From: a virus
Taxonomy: Duplodnaviria > Heunggongvirae > Uroviricota > Caudoviricetes
Reading direction: 5' to 3' (one strand)
IMG/VR virus record: IMGVR_UViG_3300008108_000023
Span: 1 to 64,000 of that record
Length of the DNA: 64,000 bases
In this document: in pieces, positions 57,567 to 64,000 of the stretch
Layout: every line of letters starts with the position of its first letter
Numbering within the stretch: position 1 is the stretch's first letter
The notes under the pieces: generated by a model
Databases searched by the model: none
Told to the model about the DNA's origin: nothing
The model's input: only the letters and a program-made list of their open reading frames with translations
Made by a program: the position numbers and the translations under genes

Positions 57567-58201
57567 AAAATGGAAAATACTTTGTAGTTCTCTTTTGTAA
57601 CAAGAAAAGAGTTAAAATTCTATACAGGTGTCAAAAAAGGACAACTGTGTACGAGTATTGGCATGAATATAAGACAGAGAAAAAACCAAGATTTGTAAAA
57701 ACACAAAACAGAAAAAGAAACAACGAAGTAGTTTATGAACTTGCGTTAATTTTTCCTAACAATAGGTGGGCGACTAAAACATTTGTCAAGGATAGTTTGG
57801 GGAGATTGATTGAGGCTAAGTACGAAGATGATAAATTCAGAATCAAAGAGATAATTCCTTATTGGAAAGAAGAACTAATATACGATTTTCAAAAGAAGGA
57901 AAGAATTAGATATCATGAATTGTTAGAACAAATAACATCTATAAATGAAATAGGTCAAATATTCACATTGAATAATAAACTATTTGTTCAAAACGATGAT
58001 AATATACTGTTGTTTGGAAATAAGAACATCCGTGACGCTAAAAGGTTGTTTGAATTGATAAGAGAGGACGTTCTAAAAAAGAAGAAAGGTAATTTCATAT
58101 TCATAAAAGACGTGTCAACCGCACAAAGAAAATTGTTATATCAACTACTTGAATCCAAAGGATTTAAAAAATCAGAATTATTTAGACACTACTCTTATTA
58201 A
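57563..58201 (+). CDS. hypothetical basic protein
   Basis: 212-aa K/R-rich ORF, ATGA overlap with upstream ORF. Confidence 0.5.
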   Translation: MKNGKYFVVLFCNKKRVKILYRCQKRTTVYEYWHEYKTEKKPRFVKTQNRKRNNEVVYELALIFPNNRWATKTFVKDSLGRLIEAKYEDDKFRIKEIIPYWKEELIYDFQKKERIRYHELLEQITSINEIGQIFTLNNKLFVQNDDNILLFGNKNIRDAKRLFELIREDVLKKKKGNFIFIKDVSTAQRKLLYQLLESKGFKKSELFRHYSY

Positions 58202-58421
58202 AGATGATATCCACCTGACCAATTTTAATTGTAAAAGTTTTGTCGGGTTTAACCATTCGACTATTTTGTTTTTTTGAGATATAATCAAAAGTTTGTAGAA
58301 ACTTTTCGTTTTCTAACTCAATAACCAATGTGCACGATTTAGTATCCAAATTAATTTTTTCAATTAAATCTGATATTATTGCCAATTGATTTATCAAGTC
58401 ACCTTTTTTTTCCATATCCAA
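58182..58421 (-). CDS. hypothetical protein
   Basis: 79-aa ORF converging on 57563..58201 with a 20-nt overlap. Confidence 0.35.
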   Translation of the reverse strand: MDMEKKGDLINQLAIISDLIEKINLDTKSCTLVIELENEKFLQTFDYISKKQNSRMVKPDKTFTIKIGQVDIIFNKSSV

Positions 58422-58611
58422 AAATTATAGAAAGTCTTTTAAAAAAAGAAAGTTTTTCTTTTTTAGGGGTCTCAAACATTTTGGTTTTATCCAATTTTTT
58501 GATTTCCTCAATCATTTGATTCTTGTGGGATTGTATCTCCTTGGAGTCCCTCTCCACTTCCCGATTCAACCAATTTAATCCCTGTTGTATTCTCTTGTCT
58601 TGCATCCTCAA
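58399..58611 (-). CDS. coiled-coil protein fragment/ORF (overlaps 58508..58963)
   Basis: 70-aa ORF in a different frame from 58508..58963 over 104 nt. Confidence 0.35.
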   Translation of the reverse strand: MRMQDKRIQQGLNWLNREVERDSKEIQSHKNQMIEEIKKLDKTKMFETPKKEKLSFFKRLSIIFGYGKKR

Positions 58612-58963
58612 TAAATGATATTTCTTTTAACTTATCAAGTGTCTGGTGTTGAAACAAAACTTCTAACTCTTTAATCTTTTGTTGTAAGAGTCTTTGTTTC
58701 TCTTCCATTTCTTTATTCATGGTTATTATTTCTTTTGCACAAGAAAAAACAACATCATAACCATCAGCGGTTGCATTACTGATTAATGAAACCAAAGTAA
58801 ATTTCTCATTTTTATCTTGTATCTTATATTTGATAGATTTGTATTGAGAAATTATTGATTCGATTTTCCAAGTAACAGGAAGTTTAATGTCTAAACTTAC
58901 GTTATTGTCTATTTCTCTCAAAGAGAAAAAATATGGTCTTAAATGTCTTATATTGTCAAACAC
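58508..58963 (-). CDS. coiled-coil protein
   Basis: 151-aa ORF with heptad-rich EEKQRLLQQKIKELEVLF. Confidence 0.45.
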   Translation of the reverse strand: MFDNIRHLRPYFFSLREIDNNVSLDIKLPVTWKIESIISQYKSIKYKIQDKNEKFTLVSLISNATADGYDVVFSCAKEIITMNKEMEEKQRLLQQKIKELEVLFQHQTLDKLKEISFIEDARQENTTGIKLVESGSGEGLQGDTIPQESND

Positions 58964-58967
58964 TAAA

Positions 58968-59150
58968 TTATATTATTAAAAATGTTATTATGTAAGAAAC
59001 CGCAAGATAAAACAAAACAGATTCTATTTTGGTCAACTTTAATATTGAGGGTTGTTCTGAGAAGAATTTTATCAAAAATTCAACACAGAACCTTAGTACG
59101 TAAATGGTACTCAATACCATCAAAAAAATAAAGATATAATTAATCATCAT
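58968..59150 (-). CDS. small 2-TM membrane protein
   Basis: 60-aa hydrophobic ORF. Confidence 0.4.
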   Translation of the reverse strand: MMINYIFIFLMVLSTIYVLRFCVEFLIKFFSEQPSILKLTKIESVLFYLAVSYIITFLII

Positions 59151-59322
59151 GTTTTTTTATTTCTTGTAATAGTTCTTTTCTATAAAGAGGAATTAACTCT
59201 TTTATTTCTTGAGCATATTTTCTAGCTCGAATAGATGCACTTCTATTACCCTTTTCGAATACCTTGGTGGTATCAACAGACATTTTTTCCACCAAGTCTT
59301 TGATTTGTTTAAGTGTGTCCAT
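59140..59322 (-). CDS. histone H1-like (Hc1-type) DNA-binding protein
   Basis: FEKGNRSASIRARKYAQEIKEL matches the KGNKAAGxRxRK core of Bacteroidota-type histone H1-like proteins. Confidence 0.55.
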   Translation of the reverse strand: MDTLKQIKDLVEKMSVDTTKVFEKGNRSASIRARKYAQEIKELIPLYRKELLQEIKKHDD

Positions 59323-59357
59323 TTTTCCGTTTTTATATATAGTATACGGAAAATAAA

Positions 59358-59822
59358 CTACTTTTTCAAGTTTTGTTCGAATAATTTATAAATTTCTGTG
59401 AGAATGTCCAACTCGGACCTTGACTTTTGATATCTAAAATCAAATAACTTGTAAAAGTATTCAGATATTCTATTTTCTTTTTCTTCCAATTTAACAAAAT
59501 AGTACGCCTCATAGAAAAAATTCCACATATATTCATAGTGGGTTCCTTTCTCCTTGAAGAATATTTTTTCTTTATCAAAATTGGTGATTATTTTATTCCA
59601 ACACCAATTAAAATGGTTTCGTTGGTCTATTTCGTCATAAAGTACATCAGAACCTAAAAAGGTTTCGTCTACTAAATCATATAAAGAAGATAGGAAATCA
59701 TAAAATAATATTATTTTATCCCTATTAATGTTGTAGGTTCTATACCAAATGTCTATTTGATGTTTGTATTTTTCAGAAATATCTGACTCAATATACTCTT
59801 CTCTATTTTCCATAATCCTCAT
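59358..59822 (-). CDS. hypothetical protein
   Basis: 154-aa ORF. Confidence 0.5.
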   Translation of the reverse strand: MRIMENREEYIESDISEKYKHQIDIWYRTYNINRDKIILFYDFLSSLYDLVDETFLGSDVLYDEIDQRNHFNWCWNKIITNFDKEKIFFKEKGTHYEYMWNFFYEAYYFVKLEEKENRISEYFYKLFDFRYQKSRSELDILTEIYKLFEQNLKK

Positions 59823-59863
59823 CTGTTAAAATATAAGGATAAAAGAAAACAAAAAAAAGAAGA

Positions 59864-61189
59864 TTACTGAGTACTTTCGTTGTATCCGATGATTTTTTTC
59901 ATTCTCGAGATTTCCTCATTCACAATTGAAGTCATTGTAGTTTTAGATTCATTCACACTCTTTACTTTTAAAGGTTGAACTCCTCTTGCTCCATGGAATG
60001 CTTCAGGTGCGTCTTTCTCTTTTTCTTTTTTTCTTTCAGCCGATTTACTTAATCTCTCTCCTGTTTTTGTTTTTATAACGTTAGCAGCATTTTGTGAGTT
60101 ACCCATTTTTGAGTCACCTTCTAATGCCATTTTTAATCTTTTTTTGAATGATTCTGATGGTTCAAAATCATAATTTAAATCTAAAAGGGTACCACCCTTC
60201 ATATTATCATCAATATACTCTTCTTGTTTCTCAGTTGGGTTTACCGCCATTTTTTCACCTTTACCAACTTGTTTTGGAAACTCAGGATTATCATTACCAT
60301 CAAATGTTGATGCTTTTTTCAGTTTTTTCTGAACATCTTTAATTGCGTCGTCATTTTCTTTTTTAGAACCACTCTGAGCTTTCTTAGTTACCGCAATACC
60401 GGGTACCGCCTCACTTAGATTTTTTTTTGAATCAATTACCATTTTTTTAATCAAAGAAACCATTTCACTTTCAGTAAGTCTAAGAACCGATTTCTTAGAT
60501 TCATACATACCAGTACCACACTCTGAACACATTCCTTCCTCATTCATGGGTGAACCACACTCACTACACGTACCCATTTCACCTTCATTTGTATCAATAT
60601 CTTTAGTGATTGTTACTTTATGCATTTTACCACTTCCTTTAGGGAATTCGAATTCTTTTTTACCAGCATCTCTCGCTTTATCAGCAGCCAAAACAAACGC
60701 GCTTGATTCCTCCACATTTGTTTCTTCTTCCATATAACCTTGTCCACACTCATCACAAACACCTTCCTCTTCTTCAAGTTGTTTCCATGATTCTTCAACA
60801 TTATGTACTTTTCCGTTAAATTTAATTTCTTTTAGACCTTTTTCTTTAGCGGATAAAATGGCTTCTGCCATGCTCGATACTTTAATTTTTTTCATTTTTG
60901 TGGTTTCTTTATTTTCTTCTAATTCTTCTCCCATCTGGTCTAATTTATCAATCATTTCAGTTGGTGAATTATATTTTACTTTTTCGATTATGAACTCCTT
61001 TTTAGGATGTTTCTTTTTATAAATATCCAAATGTTGCATTGCAATTTCTTCGGATTCAAATGTTTCAACGGGTTCTCCCTCGCAAGTAATTTGAAACATA
61101 TCTTGAGATTTTTTATTTTCTTTTAATATGGTTCTTTTTACTTCGTCAAATAATGACTCCGAAATGATATTTGATATATTCTTTTTCAT
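59864..61189 (-). CDS. K/E-rich protein with zinc ribbons
   Basis: CDECGQG and CSECGSP...CSECGTG Cys pairs; long charged low-complexity stretches. Confidence 0.55.
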   Translation of the reverse strand: MKKNISNIISESLFDEVKRTILKENKKSQDMFQITCEGEPVETFESEEIAMQHLDIYKKKHPKKEFIIEKVKYNSPTEMIDKLDQMGEELEENKETTKMKKIKVSSMAEAILSAKEKGLKEIKFNGKVHNVEESWKQLEEEEGVCDECGQGYMEEETNVEESSAFVLAADKARDAGKKEFEFPKGSGKMHKVTITKDIDTNEGEMGTCSECGSPMNEEGMCSECGTGMYESKKSVLRLTESEMVSLIKKMVIDSKKNLSEAVPGIAVTKKAQSGSKKENDDAIKDVQKKLKKASTFDGNDNPEFPKQVGKGEKMAVNPTEKQEEYIDDNMKGGTLLDLNYDFEPSESFKKRLKMALEGDSKMGNSQNAANVIKTKTGERLSKSAERKKEKEKDAPEAFHGARGVQPLKVKSVNESKTTMTSIVNEEISRMKKIIGYNESTQ

Positions 61190-61693
61190 TTACTTAATAA
61201 ATATCTTATTTATTTCATTTATTACAATTTTCTCGACCTGAGAATACGGTAATCCTAATTTTTTTGATACATTATAAACGGATTCTTTCAATTCTTGGTC
61301 TTCAAAAAAATCTAAACTTTTGATATCACCCTGATTACAGTAAGGATATTTTTTACATCTTTCTTTTACCTTTACATAAACACCACCAGGACCTCCCCAT
61401 TTTGGGAAATTTTTATCTTTTACCGCTCGACTGTTCATGATACTATTGGGACCATTGATTTTTAATGGGTTCGACCTACCAGCACTATAAGAAGTGTCAT
61501 ATTGTCCTGAAGAAGAAGAGTCTGTAACTTCACTTAATTCTTCTTCAAAATTATGAATCTTTTTTATTTTCCTTTTAACTAATGGACCGCTCAGAGCTCC
61601 CTCAAATGAACCTGAGGAATCTGCAGAAGTTTCATTTGTATCTTTTGGGGAAGATTTTTTCCCTCTCAATATTTTCTCGAAATTATATGACAT
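61190..61693 (-). CDS. hypothetical protein
   Basis: 167-aa ORF. Confidence 0.5.
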   Translation of the reverse strand: MSYNFEKILRGKKSSPKDTNETSADSSGSFEGALSGPLVKRKIKKIHNFEEELSEVTDSSSSGQYDTSYSAGRSNPLKINGPNSIMNSRAVKDKNFPKWGGPGGVYVKVKERCKKYPYCNQGDIKSLDFFEDQELKESVYNVSKKLGLPYSQVEKIVINEINKIFIK

Positions 61694-61932
61694 TATCTAA
61701 CACTTTTTAAGGGTTGTTCCCAAAAAGACTTACGTTGCCATAGTGTTTTGAAAAGTTCCACAACAACTTTAGATGATAGGTCAACGATTCTTTCATCAAC
61801 TGACCTAGCACCTATCTCTTTTTGTATTATTTTCATTACAATGGTATGTGCTTGAGTGGTCTCAAGAAAATCTTTCATTTCTTTTCTTGCAATCTTTTCA
61901 ATTTCTTTAACATCGGTGTTTGTAAGTGCCAT
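61693..61932 (-). CDS. hypothetical protein
   Basis: 79-aa ORF. Confidence 0.45.
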   Translation of the reverse strand: MALTNTDVKEIEKIARKEMKDFLETTQAHTIVMKIIQKEIGARSVDERIVDLSSKVVVELFKTLWQRKSFWEQPLKSVR

Positions 61933-62477
61933 TATGCGTTCATTCTATCTCTAATTAATGGCTCCATAGCCGATGTGAAAGTTGGTTCAAATTTTCTCAA
62001 TTTTTCTAACATGTCCATTGTTTCGTCGTCTAATAATAACATGTCGCCATTTATGTATAACCCACTACCTTCACCCGAAATCATAACAAAATTAATTTCT
62101 AAGTCTGTAATTTCACCATCAAGTCTGATTTCAGTCTCGGTTATGGTAATTCCAGGTTCTAAACTTGCAATTTGTGAAACTTGTTGTCTAAATGAATCAA
62201 TTATTTGTGATAAGGCGGTTTTTTCTTCAGGTTTAAGTTTTATATCCTCTTGGTCAGAAGACAATAATTTAACATCCACATCATTAACAACCTCCACGTT
62301 ATCGTACTGTTTTTTGTTTAACTCGTTATCGGTATTTTGTGTATTGGTATTAGGTTGTTGAGTTTCATCCTCTTCCTTAATCAAATTCTTGTTGGTGTAC
62401 ACGGTTTCATTAAGAGACCTTAACGTCTTTAACATACCTTTTATCTCGTCGTACCCCGATGTTTTTCTATTGTTCAT
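61932..62477 (-). CDS. hypothetical protein
   Basis: 181-aa ORF. Confidence 0.5.
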   Translation of the reverse strand: MNNRKTSGYDEIKGMLKTLRSLNETVYTNKNLIKEEDETQQPNTNTQNTDNELNKKQYDNVEVVNDVDVKLLSSDQEDIKLKPEEKTALSQIIDSFRQQVSQIASLEPGITITETEIRLDGEITDLEINFVMISGEGSGLYINGDMLLLDDETMDMLEKLRKFEPTFTSAMEPLIRDRMNA

Positions 62478-63072
62478 TTTTAAAAATTAGTCTAAAATTA
62501 AATGATGGGTTTATATCTGTATAAATATTTGAGAAATTAGATTTACACACTACACCATTAAATTTAATAGCGCTTTCAAGATATCCCTGAGAAGGTACTA
62601 TATTTTTTGGTATACCGTGGGATTCACATATATGTTCACACAATGATGAAATTGATAATACTTGGTCATCATTATACCTATCCCAAAAATAATGGTTTCT
62701 CCAATTTCTAACGAAAGGTTCACATCTGTAAGGGTCTCCAATCCAATTATGCATGAAACCTGTTACGGTATTTTTACTTAACCATCCTAAATTTTCAACC
62801 GCAATTTTAATAAATTGTTTGTCAATATAAGGTTCGTCAAATGTATTTGAATAATAGTTGGTATCGAAAAGTTGGTAGATTGTACCTAATTTAGTGACAA
62901 TAAAGTGTGGTATTTCGTCGTATTTACCACACTTCCTGTACTTTAATTTATTAATGAAATCGTCCGCACGTCTATTAGTGTCGTACAGTAATATTTGGGT
63001 TTTTTTCGTTCTGCGACGAACAACATTTAAAGTTTTATCATCTAAACCTTCTACGTTGTGTATTTCCAACAT
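62467..63072 (-). CDS. possible N-acetylmuramoyl-L-alanine amidase (amidase_2/PGRP-like)
   Basis: IPHFIVTKLGTIYQLFD and IKIAVENLGW resemble the T7-lysozyme-type GYHFIIKRDGTV / SIGV blocks; weak. Confidence 0.35.
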   Translation of the reverse strand: MLEIHNVEGLDDKTLNVVRRRTKKTQILLYDTNRRADDFINKLKYRKCGKYDEIPHFIVTKLGTIYQLFDTNYYSNTFDEPYIDKQFIKIAVENLGWLSKNTVTGFMHNWIGDPYRCEPFVRNWRNHYFWDRYNDDQVLSISSLCEHICESHGIPKNIVPSQGYLESAIKFNGVVCKSNFSNIYTDINPSFNFRLIFKNEQ

Positions 63073-63186
63073 TTCTAGTTAACCTTTTACTGATAACAGA
63101 AGAAATGTCGTTGTCTTCTGTATTATTTATTTCCCCATTGTCCAAACCAAAGTTTTCCAACGATTCCTCCTGTTGTGGGGACTCTT

Positions 63187-63933
63187 CTAATTTTTTTTTT
63201 CTTCCTCAATGGGAAGTTGTTCATCTTGTATTGGTTCCTCAACAATCGGTTCAGGTGTTTCAATTATTTCCTCAACAATCGGTTCAGGTGTAACAATTGG
63301 TTCTTCAATTACTATCGGTTGTTCTTCAACTATTACAGGTTGTTCTTCAACAATTGGTTCTTCAATTACTATCGGTTGTTCTTCAACTATTACAGGTTGT
63401 TCTTCAACAATTGGTTCAGGAGTAATAGTTGTTTCTTCAATTACTATCGGTTGTTCTTCAACAATTGGTTCAGGTGCAATAGTTGGTTCAGGTGTGACAA
63501 TTGGTTCTTCAACTATTACAGGTTGTTCTTCAACAATTGGTTCAGGAGTAATAGTTGTTTCTTTAACAACCACCGGTTCTTCTTTAATTAAATGGTCCTC
63601 AATTAAAAAAACATCTGATGAGTCATTATCCTCTTCTTCCTCAGGAGTTTCAACATCTTTTGGTTGGGGGGTTTTGTTAAGTAATTTTTCTAAAATATCT
63701 AAATCTTCTTGAGAGATTCTAACTCGAGAGACTTCACCAACAATGTCTTTAGCATCTACCACCGGTGTTTCTTCACCAACGGGTTCAGGAGCGTCTTTTA
63801 CCACTGGTTGTTCAACCTCTACAGTATTTTTCTCACTCTGAGTAAACTTAACTAACATATGTAGAAAAGAAAGTGAAATGATTGGTAACATACCTCCAGC
63901 GAAAAACGCTAAAAATCTTTTGTGACCAATCAT
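63187..63933 (-). CDS. C-terminally membrane-anchored acidic tandem-repeat protein (EPIVEEQPVIVE repeats)
   Basis: The C-terminal ~30 aa (start of the listed string, MIGHKRFLAFFAGGMLPIISLSFLHMLVKF) form a hydrophobic anchor; the body is repeats of (T)PEPIVEEQPVIVEE encoded by the 63230-63590 tandem DNA repeats. Confidence 0.55.
   Translation of the reverse strand: MIGHKRFLAFFAGGMLPIISLSFLHMLVKFTQSEKNTVEVEQPVVKDAPEPVGEETPVVDAKDIVGEVSRVRISQEDLDILEKLLNKTPQPKDVETPEEEEDNDSSDVFLIEDHLIKEEPVVVKETTITPEPIVEEQPVIVEEPIVTPEPTIAPEPIVEEQPIVIEETTITPEPIVEEQPVIVEEQPIVIEEPIVEEQPVIVEEQPIVIEEPIVTPEPIVEEIIETPEPIVEEPIQDEQLPIEEEKKN
63230..63590. repeat. in-frame tandem DNA repeats (units of about 57-63 nt: caacaattggttcttcaattactatcggttgttcttcaactattacaggttgttcttcaa)
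   Basis: Near-identical units repeat at least 5 times within ORF 63187..63933. Confidence 0.7.
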
Positions 63934-64000
63934 GTCTGTAGGGTCAACACCAATATATTCTAAAAGTGGTGAAACTAACTCAACCCAAGAAATAAATGCT

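Noticed and set aside
63230-63590. Possible CRISPR array
   Set aside because: Repeats are contiguous with no unique spacers, are in-frame within a long ORF, and lack a leader or cas genes. They are a coding tandem repeat.
63175-63712. Plus-strand ORFs 63175..63591 and 63209..63712 (FNYYRLFF... and GSSITIGCSS... repeats)
   Set aside because: These are alternative-frame or antisense readings of the tandem DNA repeats. Only the minus-strand frame (EPIVEEQPVIVE) is followed by a hydrophobic anchor and a proper N-terminal start.
1-64000. Giant-virus (Nucleocytoviricota) origin, suggested by AT-richness, the glycosylation cluster, GSII, GME, and thioredoxin/glutaredoxin
   Set aside because: Bacterial-type features dominate: rho-independent terminators with U-runs, ATGA-coupled operons, SpII lipoproteins, an OMP-like barrel, Dam/UvrD, a glucosaminidase and an M15 peptidoglycan hydrolase, and a histone H1/Hc1-like protein. 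A bacteriophage is more consistent.
1-64000. Alternative genetic code (stop-codon reassignment as in Lak-type megaphages)
   Set aside because: Standard-code ORFs are long, abut each other cleanly, and their stops coincide with terminator hairpins. There is no sign of in-frame TAG/TGA readthrough.

Overview
This window is AT-rich (roughly 30% G+C by eye) and densely coding. Genes abut or overlap by a few nucleotides, often as ATGA start/stop overlaps. Several intergenic hairpins followed by T-runs look like rho-independent terminators. This organisation and the gene content fit a segment of a large dsDNA bacteriophage genome, probably jumbo-sized. Likely phage hallmarks include a UvrD-like helicase, Dam-like and SPPY-type DNA methyltransferases, thymidylate synthase, thioredoxin plus an NrdH/glutaredoxin-like protein, and a DEDDh exonuclease. 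Further hallmarks are metallophosphoesterases, HAD phosphatases, a Nudix hydrolase, peptidoglycan hydrolases, and many small proteins of unknown function.

The host is most likely a Gram-negative bacterium of the Bacteroidota. The evidence is several SpII-type lipoprotein signals, an OMP-like beta-barrel with a C-terminal Phe, a histone H1/Hc1-like protein, and TAnnTTTG-like -7 motifs. This host assignment is inference.

Most genes are on the minus strand. The exception is a ~12 kb, 17-gene plus-strand operon (42127-54236) encoding a glycan biosynthesis pathway. It contains UDP-GlcNAc 2-epimerase, a plant-type GDP-mannose 3,5-epimerase, two FkbM methyltransferases and several GT2/DxD glycosyltransferase-like proteins, and it ends in a strong bidirectional terminator.

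Other notable cargo is listed here.
- Type II glutamine synthetase.
- Methylglyoxal synthase.
- Acyl-CoA thioesterase.
- PLP-dependent aminotransferase.
- LpxH-like phosphoesterase next to a GT2 glycosyltransferase.
- A tandem pair of large paralogous proteins.
- A secreted lipoprotein carrying a CXXCH motif.
- A C-terminal membrane-anchored protein built from EPIVEEQPVIVE-type tandem repeats.

No tRNA, rRNA, CRISPR array or obvious transposase was found. All functional calls come from motif recognition by eye and need HMM/BLAST confirmation.
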